Source: Plasmodiophora brassicae
Taxonomy: Eukaryota
NCBI GenBank assembly: GCA_036867785.1
Contig: CP145409.1
Coordinates: 1,054,001-1,118,000, forward strand
Direction: 5' to 3'
Length of the DNA stretch: 64,000 nt
Below the pieces are notes generated by a model that saw only the letters and a list, made by a program, of their open reading frames with translations, made no database searches and was not told where the DNA came from. Made by a program: the position numbers and the translations under genes. Positions within the stretch are counted from its first letter, which is position 1, and each line of letters starts with the position of its first letter. Of this stretch, positions 10,985-22,091 are shown piece after piece.

Positions 10985-12479
10985 TCAAAAGTCGTTACCT
11001 CGACTTGTCCCAGACCGACCAGGCTTGACGGCAATGATCGTGGTATGCGGTGTCCCGATCTGTGCCAGAATTGCATTCTCGTGCGCCAAATCCATAAAGT
11101 TCTTCCAGACGTCGGGATGGGCCTCGCGGAACCTGCCCAGCGAATTCCAGTACATCAACGACAGCACCGTCGTCGACGCTTTGTTGAAGCAGTCGCTCGT
11201 TAGGATCCCTCGTTGGATCAAGTCGCCCTCGGAGCACCCGGACGGGAATTTGGCCCTGAAGAGGCGCAGCAGGGCGCCGTCCAGATTTACTTCGAATGGT
11301 GCGCTGGGTGCCAGGTACTGTGCGAATATGTCAAGCGCCATACGGGCGGTCCTCGTACTTGAGCTCTCGGTGAACGACCGTCGGTAATCCTGGACGGCCT
11401 TCCAGAACAGCAAATTCTCCAGAGCGAATTCCGATTCAAGCTGCTTCCTGTTAACGTACAAGTATCAGCACGAGCGCAAGCTCAGCAGTGGCGCCACCGA
11501 TTTCTGACTTGAACGTTGCGAAGCCTTCAGGCGTCGATAGGAACACTTCGAACAGGTCCACATCGTAGACGGCCTGGTCGAGAGCGCCCAACTGTTGTGA
11601 ATACGAGTGCCACACCGGAACATGAATAGCTCTGTCCACCGATAAGACTCCTCACATGGGCCAGCTACAGGTGCGGCCCCATTACAGTGTGAGCAGAACG
11701 ACAGAGACGAGTATGGCGACGACTGCGTTGACGCTGAGGATGTGCCCAGTGACGTCCATAAGCGATGGGGACGCGAACACATAGACGATGAGGCCGACCA
11801 GGGAGCAACAGCCCATCCGTTTCAAGCTCCGTTTGATGCCGAGCGCGTCCGACACGATCCGCAGCCGGAATGACAGGGTGATGATAAGGACCATGGATAT
11901 GCCCATCTTGTAGACGCCAATGTCCTCGAGGATGCGCGCGGGTGACGATGAGCTCCACGTTGTATCCATCTCGATCACAGTGAACAGAAATGGGTACCTG
12001 CACGTGTAGGCCACGGCGACGATCGTGTACACGATGGCATTGGCGACGACGTATGCGATACGTGGTCGACGGCCGAGCAGACCCTTTACAACAGCCAGCT
12101 GGCGAACGGCGCTTCTCATTTGGCCGGCGTCGTCTACGGATTGGGCAACCTTCAGTTGGTCCTGGGTCCTGTTGAACATCAGCCAGAGCGTCAGCGTGAC
12201 GATGGTGAACGTGTCAGTCGCGAGTAGCATGAAGGTCGCAGGGATAAACAGCATCCAGAACGTCGGCGTGTAGTCGATCAGGGCGTTCAGGACGGACAGC
12301 GACAGGGCGAAGATCCAAACGAAGACGCTGCCGGCCAGCATCTCCATGGGCAGGCGCTGCCGAATCGGCCACCGATCCATTCGAAAGTAAAACATGGCCA
12401 GCCCAATGCCACCATACGTAAACGTGGCTACACTCAGCACGATCCAGAAGATGCCCACGCCGTCGTCGTCATTGGCCAT
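10985..12479 (-). CDS. 7TM-RGS protein, family A, copy A4
   Basis: 7TM exon 12479-about 11686, short middle exon (AIHVPVWHSY...FATFK), RGS exon EFALENLLFW...APFEVNLD...LMYWNSLGRF. Confidence 0.9.
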
Positions 12480-12849
12480 TGAGGGATCCTCTTTAGTCGT
12501 TGAGTGGTACCCCGGGGATCACGATAAATAACACAGGGCAGGTATTGTGGTATTGGTTGCAATCAGGGTGGCATATCGTTGAAGATATAGATCGGCAGGC
12601 GCTACCGAGTCGGCTACCGGCCCCTCCGCCCGTAGAGTAGGGCCTGTCGTCCACGTCGATCACGTTGCAATCGGCGACCTTCTCCTACAAAGGTGGAAAG
12701 ATGGTGCCCCGGCGACCCATCCAGACGCCATGCCTGGTTCCACGATCCCGACACCGGACCTAGGCCCCATATTACCAGATGGCAAGGTGCCATGCTCCTC
12801 GGCACACACGTATATTGCCAGCTTTACGGGAGCGCCATTACACTCAGCT

Positions 12850-14365
12850 TCATTCCTCGCCGGCTTGCTGCGTGTCCAGCGACTTGTTGGTTTCCGTCCC
12901 GCGCGGCTTCACAACGATCGTCATCGTATGCTGTGTCTCGAACTGGGCCAGGATTGCGTCCTCCTGGGCGCCGTGCATGAACTTCTCCCAGACGTCGGGT
13001 TGGGCCTCGCGAAACCTGCCCAGCGAATTCCAGTACATCAACGCCAGCACCGTCGTCGACGCTTTGCTGAACAGATCTCTCGTCAGGACGCCTCGTTGGA
13101 CGAGATCGCCCGCGCCGCATCCGGGCGCGAAGTTGGTCCTGAACAGGCGCAGCAGGTCCCCGTCCAGGTTCACCTCGAATGGGGCATTCGGCGCCAGGTA
13201 CTGCTGGAATATGTCCAGCGCCAACCGCGCTGACCGGGACGAGCTCTCGGCGAACGTTCGTCGGTAGTCCTGGGCGGCCTTCCAGAACAGCAGATTCTCC
13301 AGGGCAAACTCCAACTCCAGATGCCTCCTACGTGATCAACAAGGGATCAGCGAGACGTGCCGGGAGGGCGCGCGGCTGACACGTTTCCCGACTTGAACGC
13401 TGTGAACCCTGGGGTCGTACACAGGAACACCTCGAACTGGCCTATATTGCAGACGGCCTGGTCCAGCGCGCCCGGCCGATGCGAGTACGAATGCCGGACG
13501 GGGACATGGACCGATCTAATATACAACGGGTCACGATTGTCGATCGAGCGGGATGAATTGGAACGGCCGTTCCCTACAAGGTGATGACGATGACGCAGTT
13601 GATGACGGCGACGATGGAATTCACGCTGACGACGCCGCCGGTGAGCCCCGTTATGGGCCCGGTCACGAACACATAGATGACGACGCCGACCAACGAGGAA
13701 ATGCCAACCTGCTTCAGGCCGCGTTTGATGCCGAGCGAATCGGACACGATCCGCAGCCGGTACGACAGGAAGATGATCAGGAGCATGCAGACGCCCATCT
13801 TGTACACGCCAATGTTCTCCAGGATGGTGGCAGGTGACGTGGCATCCCAGGACAGGTCGCTCTCGACGAGCGTGAACAGCTCCGGGTACCCAGACGCGTA
13901 CCAGACCGCCACGACCGTGTACCCGACAGCGTTGACGACGACGTAGGCAATGCGCGGTCGCCGATTCAGCAACGCCTGAATGATCGTCAGCTGTCGAACG
14001 GCGCCGCGCAACCGGTCGGCGTCGTCGACGGACTGGACGATCTTCAGCTGGTCCTGCGTCCGGTTGAACATGAGCCACAGGGTCAGCGCCACGATCGTGA
14101 ACGTGTCCGCTGCCAGCAGCATGAACAGCTGCGAGATATACACCATCCAGAACGCGGGCGCGTAGTCCACGACGACGTTCATCGTCGCCAGCGACACGCC
14201 GCACAGCCAGGTGAACAGGGCGCCAGCCAGCACCTCCATCGGCAGGCGCTGACGAATCGGCCACAGGTCCATGCGGATCCAGAACAGGGCCAGCCCGACG
14301 CCACCGTACGCGAGCACGGCCACATCGGTCACGATCCAGAAGATGACCACGGCCGCGCCAGTCAT
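12850..14365 (-). CDS. 7TM-RGS protein, family A, copy A5
   Basis: Same three-exon structure and motifs. The start lies only about 90 nt downstream of the alpha-actinin stop. Confidence 0.9.
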
Positions 14366-14454
14366 TGTCCTCCCCCAAGGGGATCGGTACGCCCGACCAC
14401 GATCGTCTTAATAGGAAACTGTATTGCAACATCAGCAGCAGCAGCGGCCGCTGC

Positions 14455-16065
14455 TCAAAGCGCTTTGAAGGTCTGGGCGACGAACGCGCGATAGTCGAGG
14501 AGGTCGTCATTGTCAACAGCGCGGGGGATCGACGCCACCAGGTAGTCGTGGACCTCCTTCGGGAGCGCGCACGACGTCAGCTGATGGGTCGACAGGAACG
14601 CGCCGTTGTCGGCCAGCTGGGCGAACGACTCGGTGACTTCCTCGGGCGTGTCCCGGTCGGCGTACAGGTCCCCGAGGAACTTGTGGAACGCGTCCTTCGG
14701 CACGCCGCTGTCGGTCGTGATGCGGTCGACGAGCGCCTCGAACGCAGCCTCGGTCTTGAACGGGACGCCCAGCGAGTTGCACGCCGCCTTGAATTCGGGC
14801 TTCGACAGCAGGCCGTTCCTGTCGGCGTCGAAATGGGCGAACGTCGCCTCGAAGTCGGCGAGCTTGTCGGCGTGCGTCGAGTCGCGCTCCGCCTTCTTCA
14901 CGAACGTCAGGCGGTGCTGGCGCACCATGTCGGCGTACGACCGCTGGGCACCGTTCAGCCTGTCGAACGCCGCCTGGATCGCGTCCGACGACAGGTCGGT
15001 GGCGAACGGGGCGCGCCCGTTCACCCGGAGCTCGGTCTGGATCTCGGCCATGATGGCCTCCAGGTCCATCATCTCGGCGACCTTGCCCGGCTTCTCCGAC
15101 ACGACGAACTGGCGCAGGTCGCTGAGCAGGGCGAGGGTCCTCTCGACGGTGTCGACCTCGAGCTCGCGAAGCGTGACGCTGAACTTGCCGGCGGCCGAGT
15201 CGACCCAGGCGAGCAGGTCGCGCGCGCGACGCTCGTACTCGTCGCACCGGGCCGACATGGTCCTGGAGAACTTGGCGAACGCGGCGACGCGGTCGATGGC
15301 CAGGCGCCGGTGCTCCTCGGAGGCGAACCGGTGGAAGAACTCGGCGACGTACGTCATGACGGAGCGCTCGTCCGGGCGAGGCACGGCGACGATGTCGTCC
15401 ACGTCGAGCAGGCGGGGGATGTCCAGGTGCTTCTCGGCGACGGAGAAGGCGAGTTCGAGGTTGGCGGCCGCGTCGTTGCTGGCCAGGGCGTCGTCGTAGG
15501 ACAGGAGGTCGGGGCGATGGCGGTGGATCAGGGCGCAGAACGCCAGGCCGGATTTCCAGTCGCTGGAGAAGTTCTGCAGGTCCATGAGGTCGGCCTGGTT
15601 GACCTTGTACCCCTTGGTCTGCTTGCGGCACCATTGCAGGAGGCCTTCGCGGGCCGTCATGTCGTCGACCGAGATGCCCTTGATGGCGTACTCGAGGATG
15701 AACGCCCAGAGCATGCCGAGGACCATCTTCTTGTCGTGCTCGATCAGGTGGTGCGTCTTGAGGAAGTTCGTCTTCACGTTCGCGTCGTCGATCATCTTGA
15801 ACGCCAGCGTGATGTTGTCGATCCGGACGATGTCGGACGGGGCCGGCGTCGTCATCTTCGGGATCGACACGCCGAACAGGGCGTTGAGCAGGCGCGCCAG
15901 TACGATCCCGTCGTCGAACGCGCCGGCGACCTGGTCCTCGGGGATCGTGGCGAACCCGCGTCGACGCAGGTGGTTGTTCGCCCAACGCGTGAACGTCGTC
16001 GCCTGCATGCGCTCACGCTCGTCACGAAGCGCCTCCACGTTGCTGGGGCTGGACGGGGCTGACAT
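14455..16065 (-). CDS. ACTN: Alpha-actinin-like actin cross-linker (CH-CH, short rod, EF-hands), intronless
   Basis: QATTFTRWANNHL, LGMLWAFIL, LLQWCRKQT..DWKSGLAFCALIH, PDERSVMTYVAEFFH, EF-hand FDADRNGLLSKPEF and terminal LDYRAFV. ATG at 16065. Confidence 0.93.
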   Translation of the reverse strand: MSAPSSPSNVEALRDERERMQATTFTRWANNHLRRRGFATIPEDQVAGAFDDGIVLARLLNALFGVSIPKMTTPAPSDIVRIDNITLAFKMIDDANVKTNFLKTHHLIEHDKKMVLGMLWAFILEYAIKGISVDDMTAREGLLQWCRKQTKGYKVNQADLMDLQNFSSDWKSGLAFCALIHRHRPDLLSYDDALASNDAAANLELAFSVAEKHLDIPRLLDVDDIVAVPRPDERSVMTYVAEFFHRFASEEHRRLAIDRVAAFAKFSRTMSARCDEYERRARDLLAWVDSAAGKFSVTLRELEVDTVERTLALLSDLRQFVVSEKPGKVAEMMDLEAIMAEIQTELRVNGRAPFATDLSSDAIQAAFDRLNGAQRSYADMVRQHRLTFVKKAERDSTHADKLADFEATFAHFDADRNGLLSKPEFKAACNSLGVPFKTEAAFEALVDRITTDSGVPKDAFHKFLGDLYADRDTPEEVTESFAQLADNGAFLSTHQLTSCALPKEVHDYLVASIPRAVDNDDLLDYRAFVAQTFKAL

Positions 16066-16380
16066 GGCTTGTGGCACTGGACAGGGGGTTGAGTCGTCGG
16101 GGAAACTCGGTCGCTAGCGAAATGATGACCGTTGCCGGCAAACACCACACGCCGCGGGGGTGACCAGACCGGAATTAGCCACGCCAGGCCCAGCCGAATC
16201 TGCTTTTAGACCGAGGCGGCTGGCGGCCAGATCCCCGAATTAGGCACGCAGCGCTGGATGTACACGATAGGCGTCACGCCCGCTTCCGACAGCAACAACT
16301 ATACAGGGCCTGCTTAGCGGATTGCTATTCGTCCGAATCACGTGCGGGACAATGCTCTGTTGTGGACTGGACTTGCCACT

Positions 16381-17338
16381 TTAATGGGGCGTCGGGATGA
16401 TGGATGCGCCATGCTGCCGGGCATGGCGAACGCAGGCGCGAACCTCCTTGGGCATCCATCGATAGCTACAGACGCAGAGCGCCAGGATGTTGACGACCAT
16501 GTCGACCACGCCGCATAGGTCGCCGATCACGGCCAGGGGCGTCGGTTCGCCGCCGTACAGGAAATCGACCATCATGAAGAAGATCCCGGTCGACAGCGTA
16601 CAGGCCATGGCGATGGACGAACAGACGACGTTCTTGACGGCGACCTGGTACATATTCTGGCCCTCGCAGGCGATGTCGGTGCCGTTGTCGGGGCCAGCGG
16701 CGCCGGCGCGGGCACGGCTGTGCACGACGAGCGCTGTGTAGAACTTGTAGACCAGCGACGCGCCGAACGCGGCGACCGCAACGACGACAAGGACGGTGAT
16801 CACTGTCGGGTAGTACGGCAGGCAGAAGCCGGTGCTTGCCATGATTCTCCCCTCCGACAGGATCGCCGTCACGGTTGCAAACGGGACGATAGCGTATATG
16901 CCCAGTTGCAGGGCTCTCATCAACGGGGTCCCTGCGTCGCCCGGTGTCGCCAGCAGGACGCGCGCGTGCAAGAATTGCAGCGCGAACGCCATCTCCATGA
17001 AATCTGTGCTCGCCAATCAGTCCAGCGGAGGGGCGGGCGCGCCCCGGGCGCCATGCCTTACAGAGCACGCCGGACCATCGTGGCAGGAAGCCGCACGCGA
17101 TAGCATCGGCCTCTGGATCCCATCGCCTAGAGTACTGGGCGACGACGCCCGCGATCGACAGCGTCCCGCATACGACGGCGCCGTATTGGCAGGTGAGGAT
17201 CAGCGAGGCGTTGCGCCCGCCGCGATAGACGGTCACCGACGTGCAGGCCGCGATGCCCGCCAGAATCGCGACGGCGGCGGAGGCGACGATGACGACGGCC
17301 GTTCCAGTGGCTTCGTAATCCAACGCGACCGGCACCAT
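16381..17338 (-). CDS. Orphan GPCR-like 7TM protein (2 exons)
   Basis: Intron 17061-17004 (GTAAGG...CAG) joins two ORFs in frame (GVLYFMEMAF). Seven hydrophobic helices, Cys at the top of TM3 and in the TM4-TM5 loop, and DMVVN in TM7. Confidence 0.7.
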
Positions 17339-17544
17339 ATAGCGCGACTGGGTCAGCGCGCGTACCCGGTGTACGTACCCCACTGGGGATCGTGTGTGCC
17401 ACCATCCGAACCTATCCAGTGGTCCTGTCGGCCCAGAGGTCGACCGGTCCGGGCCCTGCCAGTGGATTCCCGACTCCAGCGCCTGGGGGTTCGAAATGCA
17501 TTGTTCATTGGGATAGTAAGGGAGAGCGCAGGAGGCAGACCAGC

Positions 17545-18126
17545 TTAGGCCTGTGGCTCGGAGGCCTGGTCGACGCTGACGAGGACGTTTCCGGGGGCGA
17601 CGACGGGCGCAACAGCTGGTTTCTGGTCGGGAACATCCACGATCGGCTTCGTGTCAGGAATGTCGGCGGCAGACGGGTCCACGCCGTGTTCGTCCTCGTC
17701 GTGGCTGGCTTCCTCGTCGGGGTAATAGCATCCGATATCGTCGCAGATGACGTCCTCCTCGTCCTCGTACAGTGCCCCTCCGTCGCCCTCTCCTTCGACA
17801 TAGTCGTCGTCGTATTCATATTCGCCTTCTTCTTCGTCGAAGAACACGTCGTCATCGTTGTCATCGTACAGCTCCTCGTCTTGGTAGTCGTAGTCTTCGT
17901 CGCCGAGTTCGTCATTGACGGCCGCTTGGACTTGCTCGAGGTTCGGGTCTCCATCGTGCGACGGTGCGACCAGGTCCTCCTTCAACGACGACGAACTGTC
18001 GTGGCCGGCGGCGCCACTCGAGCCGATGTCATCCGCCACGACGGCCGCCTTGTCCGACGAATGGACGAAGGTGATGGCGAGCAGCGGGACGAGCGCGCAG
18101 ACGACGAGGAAGCGAGCGTTGATCAT
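17545..18126 (-). CDS. Secreted acidic (Asp/Glu/Tyr-rich) low-complexity protein
   Basis: Signal-like MINARFLVVCALVPLLAITFVHS, then DEDYDYQDEELYDDNDDDVFFDEEEGEYEYDDDY. Upstream in-frame ATG at 18150. Confidence 0.7.
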   Translation of the reverse strand: MINARFLVVCALVPLLAITFVHSSDKAAVVADDIGSSGAAGHDSSSSLKEDLVAPSHDGDPNLEQVQAAVNDELGDEDYDYQDEELYDDNDDDVFFDEEEGEYEYDDDYVEGEGDGGALYEDEEDVICDDIGCYYPDEEASHDEDEHGVDPSAADIPDTKPIVDVPDQKPAVAPVVAPGNVLVSVDQASEPQA

Positions 18127-18321
18127 GGCGGCAAAGGCAATTATGACCATATACAGCTAGACCGTACCCCATGGAGGTGGCACTCTCGGCGACCGTACTA
18201 CATAGTAAGCGCCAATGCTATAATGGCAGAGCAACCGCCGCCAGGTACCACCGTTGGCCGGAGGGGGACGCGCCGCCCCACAAATTGTCACACGTTGAGT
18301 GGCGTCGGCGCCGTCGCAGAC

Positions 18322-18420
18322 ATGAAGGTCGACACCGTCGTCGCCGTGATCAGCTTCGTCCTGGTCGTGTCAAGCGCCTACCAGGTGCTACAGGCCGCCA
18401 TCCAGACGTCGTCCGCATAG
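18322..18420 (+). CDS. Candidate 32-aa single-TM micropeptide
   Basis: MKVDTVVAVISFVLVVSSAYQVLQAAIQTSSA*, with strongly GC3-biased codons; divergent from the acidic-protein gene. Confidence 0.4.
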   Translation: MKVDTVVAVISFVLVVSSAYQVLQAAIQTSSA

Positions 18421-18565
18421 CCGTCCGGGTCCCCAATGATGAACCATTATTGCCAGCACTGCGTCACAACCTATCATGGCATGTTCATTGTAGACTTTGG
18501 CCAGTAACCACCACCGACCGTCCACTGCATGCCAGGTGCACGAATGGACGCGGGCACGCTGCGTA

Positions 18566-19682
18566 TCAGGGCCTCAGGCACAGCTTCCGTAGCCAGCCGG
18601 ACAACGCCTTCTTCACACGACGCGTGGTACTGGCGGGCCGACGGGCATCCCGAAGCAATCGGATGATGTCATCATGTCCGAACCTGGTTGTCAGGCGCAG
18701 CGGTGTCTCCCGTTTGTCATCGCGGGCGTCGATGTCGATCCCGGGGGCGTTCAGCAGCAATTCGACGATGGCGGTCTGCCCGGTCGTCACAGCATAGTGC
18801 AACGGCGACAGCAGCGAGACGTCCCGAGCGTTGACGTCGACCCCGGGCGCTTTGAGCAGCAACTTGACAATTGTACTGTGGCCCATCACTGCCGCCAAGT
18901 GCAGTGGTGTCTCTGAGAAGATGTGTCCGCGTGCGTTGACATCGATGCCATGTACTTTCAGGAGTAGCTCGACAACCGTTTCCTCGTTCTTCACAACGGC
19001 CCAGTGCAACAGATTCAAGTGGGGGGACCATTCAGCGCGATTGACGACAGTGGCGTTGCCCGGATGCACGAGAAGACCAAGAACCTGCCTGGCAATTGCT
19101 TTCTGCTCATTCGTATCGGCCATCTCATTAAGCCTGGACGTGCTCTGGGCTTTGTACAAAAGCAACCAAAAGCAATTCGTCGGTAGAAACTCACGCATCG
19201 CCCGGATATCGGCCCAGGAGCGCCCCGCAGCGATCACGTGAATGAGCGATTGCACGATAAGGTAATCTGCGGCTTCCAAGAGTCGACACTGGTCTTCCAG
19301 CGCCATCGCGCCGATGCTATCTCGGGCCAACTCGGTGGCGCGGCCGGTCTGATATGGTCCAGTCAGCGATTGTCGCTGAAGATCAGCAAACAATGGTATA
19401 TCGTACCTTATCGTCCGTGACGTTGTTCATGTACTCCACAATCGGTTCCAGCTCGACATTGGCAACATTGGGGACAGGAACGGGGTCATCGCTTTCGCCA
19501 ACATCACTGATCAGGTGATGCAGCACCTGGGACTGAGCAACGGCGGTCGACGTGTTGATGCGATGCAGAACGCCATCACTGGAGCGGAGCACGACAGAAT
19601 CAATACCATTGCAGAGAAGGCCGATGATGATGACGATGGACGCCAGTACGGGACAGACGCCTGTGCGATTGCTGATGGGCAT
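18566..19682 (-). CDS. Secreted Skp1/BTB-like plus ankyrin-repeat protein (effector candidate)
   Basis: N-terminal hydrophobic signal. Skp1-POZ-like VVLRSSDG...SQVLHHLISD..PVPVPNV..LEPIVEYM, then intron 19406-19349, LLEAADYL, and four ankyrin repeats (LLHWAV, TPLHLAA, SPLHYAV, TPLRLT). Confidence 0.85.
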
Positions 19683-20424
19683 GGCGGCGTGTAGACCACC
19701 AGCTCGTGTTGGCGAGTCAAATACAATTTGAGGAGCAATGGCTTGCAGGCGGACTCCGCGGTTTCAGGGACCACGCGGCCACGCCCCACGGACTTTGGCC
19801 GGGTTCCGCCACTGGGGCTCTGCTATTTATGTTTTGCAACCTCCCTGGGCACCACGGGGTATGTTGGTACCTGCAGGCATCCTTCCGTTTGCTACATACA
19901 ATTTGCCAAATCGAAATAGCTGGCAGTTGGCAGTTGCCAGGGTTCAAGATCCCCGCGTACGACTTTCGTTATGGAACTCCCTGTACGGGGATTCTTGAAC
20001 CAGCTGGATCAGGAATGGGCAGGCGTGCTTCAACCCGGCGCTGTCAGGCTGTCTCCTTCCGAACCCGGTGACGTCACCGGTCCGAAGGCATGAAACTCGC
20101 ATACTGATAGCACGGCATGCTTGTTGGGGACACAGATCTTGTCTTTCGGTCTCCCACCGGGTAAGAAGGCGCGGTACCATCTCTTCAGAACATGTGTGAG
20201 CTGCTGTGGCAGTCTGCCAATGGTTCACAGGTCTGCCGTAGATGATGGGGGCAACTTGTTCATTTACTAGCAGTCAAAGCAGAACGAACGTGTACGTACC
20301 TTTACAGCGTCCCGACGTCTTCGCGTTCAAGACTGGCTAAGCGATATACAGAGACAGGTAGCGACCCAACCGCATCACCGTCTGATCATTGAACCAGTAA
20401 ACTATATTACGGCGCTGATGTGCA

Positions 20425-21609
20425 CTATCCGGATTTCGGAGGCGAAGGTTCACCAATCCTGTCGGTACGCGCGTTAACGTCGATTGCGAGCGTAGTACCA
20501 GGTGTGTCAATTGGATCGCGGGTAAGGGACGCCACGTTCGCAAGATACAACTTGAACTTGTCGATGATTTCACGTCCTTTCTTCGCGAATATGTTCCCGA
20601 TGAGGACTTGCAGCGGACCGCGAATTATTCCGACCCGTTCGTGCACGAAGAAACAGCCGCGCCTTGTGATTACGGTATGGTCCAGGCGAGTCGGACTCTG
20701 CCTGATTTCGCACAGCTCCATAACGCATACGTACTCTCTGGACGACACGTTCCTCGAGTAGACACACAGACTAGCATCCGCCGGGTTCCACACCGACCGC
20801 TCATCCGCAATCACATCGGCCACATCCGCCAGCAACGACTTCATCATGTACGGCGGATTCACAGGGAACCGAATCATCCGTCGTATCAGCTGCTCGCCCG
20901 CCTCCGTCGACCCCGAACTGACCAACTCGGCCTGCACGGCAGGCATCTGTGCGCTGCCATAGAACGTCCAGAAGTGCCGGACGACATGCGCCAGCGAATA
21001 GGACATCTCGACGGACAGCGGGTCGAGCCAAGAGAACTCGCTACCGATAGGAGGCGGATGCCCTAGGAACACCAGGGATTGCTTGCTGTTCGGATCCCCG
21101 TCAATCCGATCGAAGACGCTGGGAACGGGGTTTGACGGCGCAGACGGCACCGGTGACGTGGGCACAGGACCCGCTTGCCCTGGAGAATGGACCAACGCGG
21201 GAGTCGACGGTTCGTCAGCGTTATCATCGGCATCGTCGATGACGGACTGTGGAGGCGCGACACCAACAACACGCAGGGCGGTCCAAATAAGGACCGTATG
21301 CAGGATCATGTTGTGCTGGTCACCGGACAGAACCCACGCTAGACACATGGCGATTATGAACAGCAGCAGCTCGAAGATCATGCGAAGGAACGGGACGGAC
21401 GCGCGGATCCGGACGACGGGGCGCGACGGCCGGGCAGCAGGAGCGACGGCAGCGCCGGCTCGCTCCGTCTGCTGCGACGCATCGGCCGATGCGGCCTGCG
21501 GCGTGCGGTGGCGCTGGCGACGACGGCGCCGTTGGTACAGTGCGAACAGGCCGATGGCCGCAGATCCAATGGCGGCCGTCCCGAAGAGCATGGCCCATGA
21601 CCAGCGCAT
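20425..21609 (-). CDS. Membrane-anchored PRELI/MSF1 (Ups-like lipid-transfer) domain protein
   Basis: N-terminal TM followed by RRRRR, two more hydrophobic segments, then a C-terminal domain resembling PRELI (ERSVWNP...VYSRNVS...VMELCEIRQSP...TVIT). Confidence 0.6.
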   Translation of the reverse strand: MRWSWAMLFGTAAIGSAAIGLFALYQRRRRRQRHRTPQAASADASQQTERAGAAVAPAARPSRPVVRIRASVPFLRMIFELLLFIIAMCLAWVLSGDQHNMILHTVLIWTALRVVGVAPPQSVIDDADDNADEPSTPALVHSPGQAGPVPTSPVPSAPSNPVPSVFDRIDGDPNSKQSLVFLGHPPPIGSEFSWLDPLSVEMSYSLAHVVRHFWTFYGSAQMPAVQAELVSSGSTEAGEQLIRRMIRFPVNPPYMMKSLLADVADVIADERSVWNPADASLCVYSRNVSSREYVCVMELCEIRQSPTRLDHTVITRRGCFFVHERVGIIRGPLQVLIGNIFAKKGREIIDKFKLYLANVASLTRDPIDTPGTTLAIDVNARTDRIGEPSPPKSG

Positions 21610-22091
21610 CGTCCCGAACCTGCAATTGCAGTGGACGGCGCGCGGTCCGGCGGTCGGCACGGACTCTGCGGACTGCAGACGACTCGGTTGCTGCTGCTGC
21701 CTGCAGCTCTCACAGTCTGGTCGGTCTCTTCGAACTAGGCTTCATTGGATCGTTTTGCTAGTCGGCGGTCGTCAACAACCCGTCTCCCGTCAGGTTTCGA
21801 TAAGCGCCTTCGGATGGTTTCTGATGGCAATCGATGGAGTCTTAGCACGACGCTGCCCAGATTGCGTCGAAGAGCGGAACCTCCATCGCTGGCGACTTCA
21901 AACCCCTAAGCTTCTTACCTGGAGCAGTGGCCAGACACCGCCAGACGTAGGATGAGAATGCGCACGGATACAGCCTGCCGATCAAGTCGAATGGCGGTGG
22001 GGGATGGTCCGTCCGGCGACGGGTCAAGGAAATCTCCGCGGTACCACCGCATCGGCACACCTCTCGACGCCGGCCGTGCAATTCAACTCTG

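Noticed and set aside
13347-14516. 389-aa minus ORF appearing to fuse the actinin 3' end with the receptor region
   Set aside because: Off-frame, Arg-rich read-through; the homologous 7TM frame is 14365-13574.
14365-16062. 565-aa plus-strand ORF and 490-aa alternative-frame ORF
   Set aside because: They overlap alpha-actinin exactly, have low-information Arg/Val/Gly composition and show no motifs.
19941-19955. GGTTCAAGATCC resembling a tRNA T-loop/B-box
   Set aside because: Spacing is off by one base and there is no cloverleaf or A-box; it is one arm of an inverted repeat.
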